Assembly (NCBI GenBank): GCA_003694545.1
Contig: RFKD01000016.1
Span: forward strand, 1-45,711
Origin: Candidatus Parcubacteria bacterium
Lineage (GTDB): Bacteria > Patescibacteriota > Minisyncoccia > Phycocordibacterales > UBA12088
Direction of reading: 5' to 3'
Length of the DNA: 45,711 nt
The position numbers and the translations under genes are program-made. The notes under the pieces are model-generated. The model was not told where the DNA came from, searched no databases, and saw only the letters and a list, made by a program, of their open reading frames with translations. Positions 32,345-39,893 of the stretch are shown here, one piece after another (position 1 is the stretch's first letter; each line of letters opens with the position of its first letter).

Positions 32345-33685
32345 ATGAGTTGGCAAGCGTTCTTTACCGGCAAGCGCGTTACGGTGATGGGGTTGGGTTT
32401 GCTGGGGCGCGCGGTGGGAGACGCCGAATTTTTAGCGCTACACTGCGCGGAGGTTACCATCACGGATCTCAAAGACAAAGAAGCACTCGCGACTTCCGTT
32501 GCGCGCCTCACCCGCTATCCCAACATTCGCTTTGTGCTGGGGCGGCACGAGCTCTCGGATTTTGAAGGGCGCGATTTTATCTTGAAAGCCGCCGGGGTTC
32601 CACTCGAGAGTCCCCACATCGCACACGCGCGCCAACACGGTATTCCCGTTGAGATGAGCACGGCGCTGTTTGCCGCGTTTGCCGGCATTCCTATCATCGG
32701 CGTGACGGGAACGCGCGGCAAAAGCACCACCACGCACCTTATTCACCACACACTCTTGCAGGCGGGCGTTCGCGCACTCTTGGGGGGCAATGTGGCGGGG
32801 GTTTCTACGCTCGCGCACCTACCAAGAGCAGGAGAGTACGAAGTCGCGGCACTTGAGCTTGATTCGTGGCAGTTGCAGGGATTTGGCGAGCGGCGCCTTT
32901 CTCCCCAACTTGCGGTGTTTACATCGTTTATGGAGGATCACCAAAACTACTATCCTTCCATGGAGCGCTATTTTGCTGACAAGGCGCACATTTTTGCTCA
33001 CCAAAACAAAGACGAGGGCGTTTTGGTCGCATCTCCGCAAGTGATTGCCGCGATTGGCGCTTACGGCTACGCGCGGCAGGTGCCAAAACGGGTCGTGATT
33101 GCGCAACCAACGGAGGAAGTGCCCCCCACGCCCCAGTTGTTGGGCGCGTACAACCGATGGAACGCGGCTGTAGCGTATCACGCCCTGCGCGTATGGGGTT
33201 TATCATATGAGGATATACAGCACGGCTTTGCTTCGTTTCGGGGCGTGCCGGGGCGGCTGTCGTTGGTGCGGGAATGGGAAGGGGTTGCGTTTTATAACGA
33301 CACCACAGCAACGACGCCGCAGGCGGCGCGCGCGGGCATTCAAGCGCTCGTCGAGCGACACAAAAGGGTGGTTGCCATTATGGGGGGATCCGACAAGCGA
33401 ATTTCTGAGGAGGAATACGCGGCACTTGCTGATTTGATAGCACGAGAAGAGGTGCAGGTTGTGTTGTTGGAAGGAAGCGGCACGCCACGGCTCGCGCGCC
33501 TTCTTGAGGAGCGCGGGGCTGCCGCCGAGGGGCCTTATGGGAGTATGGATGAAGCCGTCTCCCGCGCGCGCGAGCTCGCGCGCGCGGGAGACGCCGTCGT
33601 TCTTTCCCCCGCTTTTGCCTCCTTCGGCTTGTTTCAAAATGAGTTTGATCGCGGGGAGCAGTTTGAGCGGGAGGTTAGGGGTTAA
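32345..33685 (+). CDS. murD: UDP-N-acetylmuramoylalanine--D-glutamate ligase
   Basis: VTVMGLGLLGRAVG, GVTGTRGKSTT and the overall Mur ligase layout. I prefer ATG 32345 because TGgTAGAAT (32329-32337) overlaps the alternative ATG at 32336. Confidence 0.85.
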   Translation: MSWQAFFTGKRVTVMGLGLLGRAVGDAEFLALHCAEVTITDLKDKEALATSVARLTRYPNIRFVLGRHELSDFEGRDFILKAAGVPLESPHIAHARQHGIPVEMSTALFAAFAGIPIIGVTGTRGKSTTTHLIHHTLLQAGVRALLGGNVAGVSTLAHLPRAGEYEVAALELDSWQLQGFGERRLSPQLAVFTSFMEDHQNYYPSMERYFADKAHIFAHQNKDEGVLVASPQVIAAIGAYGYARQVPKRVVIAQPTEEVPPTPQLLGAYNRWNAAVAYHALRVWGLSYEDIQHGFASFRGVPGRLSLVREWEGVAFYNDTTATTPQAARAGIQALVERHKRVVAIMGGSDKRISEEEYAALADLIAREEVQVVLLEGSGTPRLARLLEERGAAAEGPYGSMDEAVSRARELARAGDAVVLSPAFASFGLFQNEFDRGEQFEREVRG

Positions 33686-33732
33686 GCGGACGCATTTCCC
33701 GATGAGGCTCTCTGCGCTGGAGGGAATTTTGA

Positions 33733-34608
33733 CTAACTGAGGTGCTGCACGATGGCGCTGTGCCATTCTTGCAACCTCTGTGTTGCCGCCTGCGGGTCAA
33801 GAAGCGGTGCAGGTGCCTCCAAATAGCCGAGGAGGAGTTGTCGCACAACATCTCCTTGCCACTCATCAAGAAAATCGGCAACCCTTCGCAACTCCTTCAC
33901 GGTGTAGTGAGGAGGAATGAGGCGGCGCGTTTGTTCCCAGTGGTTGAAGAAAGTCTTGGTAAGCAGGAGGTTATGAGATTTTGCTTCCAATATCGCCTTT
34001 CCTTGCGGTTGTGTGAGGAGGGTGGGGAAAGCGACGAGCGCGGTAAGAAGGGCATACAACTGAGCTGTCTGCCGTGCTGGTCCACCTTGTATTTCAAACA
34101 CGACGTCCCCGGTATTTTCCCCAACACCGAAATGAGCGGCGCGAGAAGAAAGACAGATTCGCAGCAAAAAAGTATTGTCTTCTTCTGTCTGCTCTTCCTT
34201 TTCCTCTTCTCGCGCTCTATCTGAAATCTCCTTGTCCTCTACTTTAACCTCAAAAAATGTGGGATTAATGATGCCCCACGCGAGAAGGCGCCGACACATC
34301 TCTGGCTTTTGGGCGCAGATATTGAATAGAGTTTGAGTGAGGGGAAGGGGCTGGTTACTCTCTTGGATTTGGTCGATGAGGTGCGCAAAGAGTGTTTGCC
34401 CGCGATCCCAGGTGCACTCTTCTAGCTCGAATTCATCAATTGACGAGGAGTCACCAGTGGACGGGTTGTTTTGGCGCATAAGTGGTTCGCAGATGGCAAC
34501 CCACTGCTCCAACAAAAACACGGCCTGCTCAACGGGTTCTTCTGGGATACCCGCGATTTGCAGCCCGGAAGGTTTCGGCTTGCGCCCTCCTTCACCGAAA
34601 TGCGGCAT
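33733..34608 (-). CDS. hypothetical protein (A/T-richer orphan between murD and murC)
   Basis: 291-aa ORF with a central acidic stretch and no recognised domain. TGaTAGTATAAT lies just upstream of its ATG. Confidence 0.45.
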   Translation of the reverse strand: MPHFGEGGRKPKPSGLQIAGIPEEPVEQAVFLLEQWVAICEPLMRQNNPSTGDSSSIDEFELEECTWDRGQTLFAHLIDQIQESNQPLPLTQTLFNICAQKPEMCRRLLAWGIINPTFFEVKVEDKEISDRAREEEKEEQTEEDNTFLLRICLSSRAAHFGVGENTGDVVFEIQGGPARQTAQLYALLTALVAFPTLLTQPQGKAILEAKSHNLLLTKTFFNHWEQTRRLIPPHYTVKELRRVADFLDEWQGDVVRQLLLGYLEAPAPLLDPQAATQRLQEWHSAIVQHLS

Positions 34609-34753
34609 TGCAGATTATACTATCATAAAACCGGCAAGATGCTGAGCTGGGAGCGTATCATCGCGGTTTGTTGTTGGCCTCCGGTTGGAATTATGCACGG
34701 CGAGTAGCACGCGCTCCTTCCCTCGCGGTGAGGAAAAGAGTAAAGTGGTAGGT

Positions 34754-36091
34754 ATGAAAACGCAGTTTGTGGTGCCGCGTGTTGTGTATTTTGTGGGGAT
34801 TGGGGGGATCGGGATGTCGGCCCTTGCGCAATGGTATGCGGCGCGCGGGGCGCGGGTGAGCGGGTCGGATCGGGATACCGATTCTCCTGTCGTCGCGCAG
34901 TTGCGCCGCAAGGGTATTGAGGTACGCGAAGGGCACAGCGCGCGGTTCGTGCCGACCGACGCACAACTCGTGGTGTATTCCGACGCGGTTCCGCCGGATA
35001 ACCCCGAGCGCGAGGAGGCGCGAAGGCGCGAAGTGCGGACCCTCTCGTATTTTCAAGCGTTGGGCGAGGTGAGCCGCGCCTTTCCCCGCGTGGTTGCCGT
35101 TGCGGGCAGCCACGGGAAGACCACGACAAGCGCGATGCTTGCGCTTGCGCTTGTGGCTGCCGGACGAAAGCCGACGGCGTTTGTCGGTTCCCTCGTGCCG
35201 CAGTTTCCCGAGGGGAGCAACCTTCTTTTTGGGGGGCAAGATGTGTTGGTCGTGGAAGCGTGCGAGTATCGGGCGCACATTCGCGAGTTCGCAATCACGC
35301 ATCTTGTCCTTACCAACCTCGAGTGGGATCACACAGACTATTTTGCCTCGGAGGATGCGGTGATCGCCCTCTTTCGGGAGGTGATAGCACGGCTGCCGGA
35401 AGGAGGGGTGGTGGTTGCCAATCCAACGCTCCCCCTGGTTGCCCGCGCGCTCGCGGCGCTTTCCAACGGAGCGCGCATTGTTGATTATACGCGCGAGGAA
35501 GCGCCTTTACTTCTTGTTCCCGGGGTGCACAACCGCGCCAACGCGCAGGCGGCGCTTGCGGCGGCGCGCGAAGTGCTAGGGGATGATGCCGAAGCGCTCC
35601 GCGCAGCGCGCGAAGCGGTTGCCAACTTTCGCGGCGTGTGGCGGCGATTTGAGCGCTATGGGCAAAGCGCAGCGGGAGCCGAAATTGTTGACGATTACGC
35701 CCACCATCCAACGGAAATTGCCGCGACCTTGCACGCGGCGCGCGAGGTGTTCCCAGGGCGCCAGATTGTCGTGCTATTTCATCCACACCTCTATTCCCGC
35801 ACGCGCGATTTGTTTGACGATTTCGCGCGCGAGTTGTCGCGGGCGGATGAGGTGTATCTCTTGCCCATTTACCCCGCGCGCGAGCGCGCGGAGGATTACC
35901 CCGGCGTTTCCAGCGACACCCTCGCGCGCGCCATTAACACCATGAGCGGTAACGCGCGCCTGGCGCGCACGCTGGAGGATGCCGCAAACAAACTCTCTGC
36001 ATACGGCCCCGACAATGTCATCATCACAATGGGAGCAGGCGAAGGCTACAAGGTTGCCCGTGCCCTGCGGGAAGGCAAGATGCAAGGTTGA
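34754..36091 (+). CDS. murC: UDP-N-acetylmuramate--L-alanine ligase
   Basis: VYFVGIGGIGMSALAQWY, VAVAGSHGKTTT and DDYAHHPTEI motifs. Start trimmed to ATG 34754. Confidence 0.85.
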   Translation: MKTQFVVPRVVYFVGIGGIGMSALAQWYAARGARVSGSDRDTDSPVVAQLRRKGIEVREGHSARFVPTDAQLVVYSDAVPPDNPEREEARRREVRTLSYFQALGEVSRAFPRVVAVAGSHGKTTTSAMLALALVAAGRKPTAFVGSLVPQFPEGSNLLFGGQDVLVVEACEYRAHIREFAITHLVLTNLEWDHTDYFASEDAVIALFREVIARLPEGGVVVANPTLPLVARALAALSNGARIVDYTREEAPLLLVPGVHNRANAQAALAAAREVLGDDAEALRAAREAVANFRGVWRRFERYGQSAAGAEIVDDYAHHPTEIAATLHAAREVFPGRQIVVLFHPHLYSRTRDLFDDFARELSRADEVYLLPIYPARERAEDYPGVSSDTLARAINTMSGNARLARTLEDAANKLSAYGPDNVIITMGAGEGYKVARALREGKMQG

Positions 36092-36112
36092 TGCGTATTG
36101 TTTGATGGGATG

Positions 36113-36207
36113 GCAAAAAGAGCCGCCGGGGGGACCGGCGGCTTATGTCGGACCTCGAGAGGCTCTACCCTCGGAGTGCCCCCATGGCGTGGGATCAGGG
36201 AGGCGTC
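36113..36207 (-). ncRNA. candidate small RNA Y1 (promoter TTGACT-17-TATCTT at 36239-36211; terminator 36142-36113)
   Basis: Minus-strand -35 and -10 boxes with 17-nt spacing. The predicted 5' end carries GCCUCCCU (36204-36197). Hairpin GCCGCCGG/CCGGCGGC is followed by a T-run on the minus strand. Confidence 0.3.
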
Positions 36208-36313
36208 TTTAAGATAATTCTTTTCTCAGAAGTAGTCAAATGTGGGCTGTGGACAGCGGAGGATTCTTTCTCTTGATTGATTGCAATCTACTTACCCAAA
36301 CCCAACCAATCAC

Positions 36314-36415
36314 AAAAAAGCCGCGGGCAAGGCCCGCGGCAAGCAAGTATAGGGAGGAAACGCCTCAAGTGTGGGAAGCACCCTGCCCTTACGAAGGGGA
36401 GGAGATGCGTCCCAA
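36314..36415 (-). ncRNA. candidate small RNA X1 (promoter TTGACG-15/17-TATAAGT at 36448-36420; terminator 36340-36314)
   Basis: Minus-strand promoter-like boxes. The 21-mer ACTTGAGGCGTTTCCTCCCTA (36370-36350) is identical to copy X2. Hairpin GCCGCGGG/CCCGCGGC is followed by TTTTTT. Confidence 0.3.
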
Positions 36416-36589
36416 ACTTAACTTATACCGTCTTAACGACTTCGTCAAGAGCCACTTTTTGTGTGGTTATTCTGTTTTGCAAAGTGTCTCTCTGTCTCTT
36501 TCTTCTAACTCGGATGCACGAATTTTTATGCTGTTCGCAAGCGAGATACGGCTGCTTCTCCTTGCATTGTTTAACGGCATTATTGCGCT

Positions 36590-36877
36590 ATGGGAACGCT
36601 TGCTGTTGTTGCAACACCACTTGGCAACTTGGAGGACATCACCTTACGCGCCCTGCGGATACTGCGCGAGGCGGACTTGGTTCTCGCGGAAGACACGCGC
36701 CGTGCGCGATCACTCCTCTCGGCGCTGGAGATACCCGCGCCGCGCCTGGCGCGCACGCTGGAGGATGCCGCAAAAAAACTCTCTGCGTATGGCCCCGACA
36801 GCGTCGTCATCACAATGGGAGCGGGCGAAGGCTACAAGGTTGCCCGCGCCCTGCGGGAAGGTAAGACGCAAAGCTGA
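36590..36877 (+). CDS. chimeric ORF: RsmI N-terminal 52-55 aa fused to MurC C-terminal about 43 aa
   Basis: An intact 95-codon ORF created by the duplication. It keeps the rsmI-type upstream region (CATTAT box 6 nt before the ATG). No frameshift or stop despite about 10% divergence. Confidence 0.4.
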   Translation: MGTLAVVATPLGNLEDITLRALRILREADLVLAEDTRRARSLLSALEIPAPRLARTLEDAAKKLSAYGPDSVVITMGAGEGYKVARALREGKTQS

Positions 36878-36889
36878 CGCGTCTTATTT
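36862..36889 (+). terminator. hairpin overlapping the chimeric ORF stop (TAAGACGC/GCGTCTTA + TTT)
   Basis: 8-bp stem, 9-nt loop, then tttg. No equivalent hairpin follows the murC stop in unit A. Confidence 0.35.
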
Positions 36890-36906
36890 GCGACGAAGCG
36901 GCAAAC

Positions 36907-36990
36907 AAAAAAAGGACCGGCGGTGCGCAGGCATGCCGCCGGTCAAACTCCCGCCCCCGCGAGGGGGGCGGTGGGAGGGAGGCACCTTCA
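36907..36990 (-). ncRNA. candidate small RNA Y2 (promoter TTGACA-17-TATTAC at 37023-36995; terminator 36944-36907)
   Basis: Consensus -35 with 17-nt spacing. GCCUCCCUCCCA sits near the predicted 5' end (36983-36976 for GCCUCCCU). An internal 8-bp GC hairpin is followed by the terminator GACCGGCGG/CCGCCGGTC plus TTTTTTT. Confidence 0.3.
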
Positions 36991-37135
36991 TCTAGTAATA
37001 ATTCTTCTCTCAGGGCTTGTCAAGCACGGGTTGTGGACAACGCGGAGGAATTTTGCGGGCGCTTCCGCCGAATGTTGCGCGAGAGGCGGCGCGTAAATAA
37101 GATCAAGTACAACACCACTCTTTGACTCAATCATG

Positions 37136-37200
37136 AAAAAAGCCGCGGGCAGAGCCCGCGGCTAGTGGTAGGGAGGAAACGCCTCAAGTCGGGTGTTTCG
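37136..37200 (-). ncRNA. candidate small RNA X2 (promoter TTGACA-17-TATCAT at 37234-37206; terminator 37162-37136)
   Basis: Consensus -35 with 17-nt spacing. Carries the same 21-mer ACTTGAGGCGTTTCCTCCCTA (37089-37069) and the same GCCGCGGG/CCCGCGGC + TTTTTT terminator as X1. Confidence 0.3.
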
Positions 37201-37344
37201 ACACGATGATATACCTTTGTGATAACCTTGTCAAGAGGATCTCGTTTGCCAATATTGACGCTCCAAATCGCGCTCTGTACAGAAACTTTTTGTTGAAAAT
37301 ACGGACTGCTTGCTCCTTGCTTCGTTTAACGGCATTATTGCGCT

Positions 37345-38046
37345 ATGGGGACGCTTGCCCTTGTCGCAACGCCGATAGGCAACTTGGAGGACATCACCTT
37401 GCGCGCCGTGCGGGTATTGCGCGAGGCGGACTTGGTTCTCGCGGAAGACACGCGCCGCGCGCGTGCGCTCCTTTCGGCGCTCAAGATCCCCGCGCCGCGC
37501 CTTGCGCGCGCCGATGAAGCGGCGCTCGCGCGCGGGAGCGCGCAGCGTGAAGCGCTACGCGTGTTACGCGAAGGCGGGTTGGTCGCGTTTTTGACCGACG
37601 CGGGAACCCCGGGCGTTGCCGACCCCGGATGGCGCCTTGTTACAAGCGTTCTCGAAGCGGAACCTGAGGCGCGGCTTGAGGTTGTTCCGGGACCTTCCGC
37701 TTTGACGGCAGCGCTTGTGGCGGCGGATTTTCCCGTTGAGCGGTTTGTCTTTTTTGGCTACCCGCCGCGCAAAAAGGGGAGGGCAGGCTTTCTCGCGGAC
37801 ATCGCGCGCGAAACGAAGCCCGCCGTTTTCTTTGAAAGTTCACACCGCATCGCGCGCACGCTTGCCGAGCTCGCGCGCCTTGCCCCAGAGCGCCACGCCC
37901 TCTGGGCGCGGGAAATAACCAAGGCGCACGAACAATACCTGCGCGGGCCTTTGTGCGCGCTTGCCGAAGCGGTTGAGCGCGATGCTCAGCTCGCGCGCGG
38001 CGAACACACGCTCGTGCTTGCGGCCGCGCCCCCTCGCGCTCGTTAG
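37345..38046 (+). CDS. rsmI: 16S rRNA (cytidine1402-2'-O)-methyltransferase
   Basis: [50 protein letters not shown] and FYESSHR-like FFESSHRI motifs. 233 aa. Confidence 0.85.
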   Translation: MGTLALVATPIGNLEDITLRAVRVLREADLVLAEDTRRARALLSALKIPAPRLARADEAALARGSAQREALRVLREGGLVAFLTDAGTPGVADPGWRLVTSVLEAEPEARLEVVPGPSALTAALVAADFPVERFVFFGYPPRKKGRAGFLADIARETKPAVFFESSHRIARTLAELARLAPERHALWAREITKAHEQYLRGPLCALAEAVERDAQLARGEHTLVLAAAPPRAR

Positions 38047-38070
38047 GCCGCTGTGGCATACTAAAGCGGT

Positions 38071-38424
38071 ATGCCACTACGAAAATTCAGCACGCTTCTT
38101 TTGCTGTTGGGTTTTGCGGGCATGTTCCTTGCCATTGCGGGCATTCCGCGCGATTGGAAGGACATTGGCTTTCTCCTTGTTGGCGCGAAGACGCTCGCGC
38201 TCGGCATTTGGATTCGCACGCATCTGCCCTCGCGGTCTTCTCGTGAAGCTCGCGCGTCCGCCGGACGACGCGTCCCGCGCAGAGGGCCTTCGCGCGGGCC
38301 ATTTGAGCGAGAGGAAGAATTCCAATCACATCGGAAAGAGGCGGGCTCAGTTGAATCCGCGCCGGAGTCACATAATTCTCGTGAGGCATTTGAGGGTGAC
38401 CACGCGCGCTTACCAAGAGAATGA
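38071..38424 (+). CDS. small membrane protein (2 TM) with a charged C-terminal tail, hypothetical
   Basis: 117-aa ORF. TGgCATACT lies 8 nt upstream of the ATG. Two clear hydrophobic helices. Longer overlapping track ORFs in other frames look like artefacts. Confidence 0.5.
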   Translation: MPLRKFSTLLLLLGFAGMFLAIAGIPRDWKDIGFLLVGAKTLALGIWIRTHLPSRSSREARASAGRRVPRRGPSRGPFEREEEFQSHRKEAGSVESAPESHNSREAFEGDHARLPRE

Positions 38425-38430
38425 GGAAGT

Positions 38431-39834
38431 ATGGCGCGCCCCCACAAACCGCACGCCGCGCGAAGGAGAGCCGTACGCGCCGCGACGCTTTCAGCATTAA
38501 CCGTTGCCGTGGCGGGAGGGTTGTTGTGGGCGGCAACGGTGTTTTCCGGGGTAACCTACCGCGCCGCGCCGCCAAGCGCTGCGCAAACAGCTGTAGCCAC
38601 TGAAGCGGCGGCAAGCACACAAACGGCAAGGGCCGATGGGGAGCAGGAAGCCGCGCAATCCGCCGACTCTCAAGAAAAAGCCGCAGCACCGCCCGCGCTG
38701 TATCTGCCCACCCCCGAGCCGGTGCGCGCGGTTTATATGAGTCAGTGCGTCGTAGGAACGCCGTCGTTGCGCGAGAAGCTTGTGCGCCTCATTGAGGAGA
38801 CCGAGCTCAACGCTGTGGTGATTGATGTGAAGGACTACACAGGAACGATTGGCTTTCCCACCAGTCACCCTCTCTTGCGCGACGCGGCAATGCAGCACTG
38901 CGGCGCGCGCGATATGCGCGAGTTCGTGCGCCGCCTCAACGAAAAGGGTATTTATACCATTGCGCGCATTACCGTCTTTCAAGATCCGTGGTACGCCCTG
39001 CGCCACCCCGACGAGGCGATTCAGCACAAAAGCTTGCCCGGAGAGGTGTGGCGCGACAAGAAGGGTTTGTCGTTTGTTGATGTTTCCGCGCGGCCGTTTT
39101 GGGATTACATCCTCGCGCTCGCGCGGGAAGCGCGCGCCGTTGGGTTTGACGAGCTGAATTTTGATTACATTCGCTTTCCGTCTGACGGCGATATGGAAAG
39201 CGTTGCGTTTCCTTGGACAAAAGACACACCCAAACCGGAAGCCCTTGAGCGCTTTTTTGCCTTTTTGCACCAAGAACTACGCGAACGCGACCATATCCCC
39301 ATTTCTGCCGACTTGTTTGGTATGACCACGACAGTGCATCACGACCTCAACATCGGGCAGGTTTTGGAGCGCGCCGCGCCGTACTTTGATTTTATCGCGC
39401 CAATGGTCTATCCTTCGCACTATCCCCCCGGCTATCTCGGCCTTGCCAACTCCAACAGCGATCCGTACCGCGTTGTCTTTAATGATCTTTCCGAGGCAGC
39501 GCGCCGCCTTGAGGCAACCACAACACCCATCCGCACCTTGCGCAACGAGTCGCCCAAGATGCGCCTTGAAGTCATCCCTGCCTCGTCCTCCACGCCAACC
39601 ACGACGCGCGAAGTCTTCACGGGCCTCTATCAAAAGTCTGCCTATCCCCGCACCCTGCTGCGGCCGTGGCTGCAGGATTTTGATTACGGGGGCAACTACG
39701 GACCTAAGGAGGTGCGTGCGCAAATACAAGCGGTGTATGACGTGGGGCTGACCTCTTGGATGCTCTGGTCGCCGTCGAATCGTTACACGAGTGAAGCGCT
39801 TGAGCATTCTGGTGCGCAAGCGCCGGGAGGGTAG
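38431..39834 (+). CDS. membrane-anchored putative glycoside-hydrolase-like TIM-barrel protein (DUF4015-like)
   Basis: N-terminal anchor, then VRAVYMSQCVVGTPSLREKLVRLIEETELNAVVIDVKDYTGTIGF and FDELNFDYIRFPSDG, which resemble the DUF4015/GHL pattern as I remember it. Confidence 0.5.
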   Translation: MARPHKPHAARRRAVRAATLSALTVAVAGGLLWAATVFSGVTYRAAPPSAAQTAVATEAAASTQTARADGEQEAAQSADSQEKAAAPPALYLPTPEPVRAVYMSQCVVGTPSLREKLVRLIEETELNAVVIDVKDYTGTIGFPTSHPLLRDAAMQHCGARDMREFVRRLNEKGIYTIARITVFQDPWYALRHPDEAIQHKSLPGEVWRDKKGLSFVDVSARPFWDYILALAREARAVGFDELNFDYIRFPSDGDMESVAFPWTKDTPKPEALERFFAFLHQELRERDHIPISADLFGMTTTVHHDLNIGQVLERAAPYFDFIAPMVYPSHYPPGYLGLANSNSDPYRVVFNDLSEAARRLEATTTPIRTLRNESPKMRLEVIPASSSTPTTTREVFTGLYQKSAYPRTLLRPWLQDFDYGGNYGPKEVRAQIQAVYDVGLTSWMLWSPSNRYTSEALEHSGAQAPGG

Positions 39835-39836
39835 CG

Positions 39837-39873
39837 GCCACCTTGCGCCGCGCGAAGCACGGCGCAAGGTGGC
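39837..39873 (+). terminator. perfect 14-bp GC hairpin after the stop codon (weak U-tract)
   Basis: GCCACCTTGCGCCG-cgcgaagca-CGGCGCAAGGTGGC. It is immediately followed by the TGcTACACT box of the next gene. Confidence 0.5.
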
Positions 39874-39893
39874 TGTGCTACACTATCTGATGT

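Larger units (their letters stand above)
35955..36740 (+). repeat. tandem duplication unit A (murC 3' end + spacer + rsmI-like 5' end)
   Basis: Collinear with 36741-37500. The junction microhomology CGCGCCTGGCGCGC occurs at 35955 and 36741, with the related CGCGCCTTGCGCGC at about 37496. Confidence 0.8.
36741..37500 (+). repeat. tandem duplication unit B (murC-3'-like segment + spacer + genuine rsmI 5' end)
   Basis: The coding-derived parts are about 90% identical to unit A. The spacers are much more diverged, apart from discrete conserved blocks. Confidence 0.8.

Noticed and set aside
34623-35332. Long antisense ORFs within G+C-rich genes (34623..35294 and 34691..35332 minus in murC; also 12510..13145 minus, 38087..38689 minus, 40350..40997 minus, 44467..45615 minus).
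   Set aside because: These are shadow ORFs opposite confidently identified genes. They show Arg/Pro/Gly/Ala-rich composition typical of high-GC antisense frames.
36113-36207. Possible SRP (4.5S) RNA, because GAGGUCCGACAUAAGCCGCC vaguely resembles GGUCCGGAAGGAAGCAGCC.
   Set aside because: The match is weak, the symmetric-loop GGAA/AGCA motifs are absent, and the element exists in two diverged copies that do not conserve this stretch.
36240-37517. Long plus-strand track ORFs crossing the murC-rsmI spacers (36240..36995, 36277..36864, 37206..37517) and a 36-codon leaderless ORF inside candidate sRNA Y2.
   Set aside because: The two spacer copies are not conserved in any common reading frame; shared nucleotides fall in different frames. 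The translations are Cys/Arg/Leu-rich, and the Y2 mini-ORF has no counterpart in Y1 (which has only 6 codons). Conservation coincides with the -35, -10 and terminator blocks instead.
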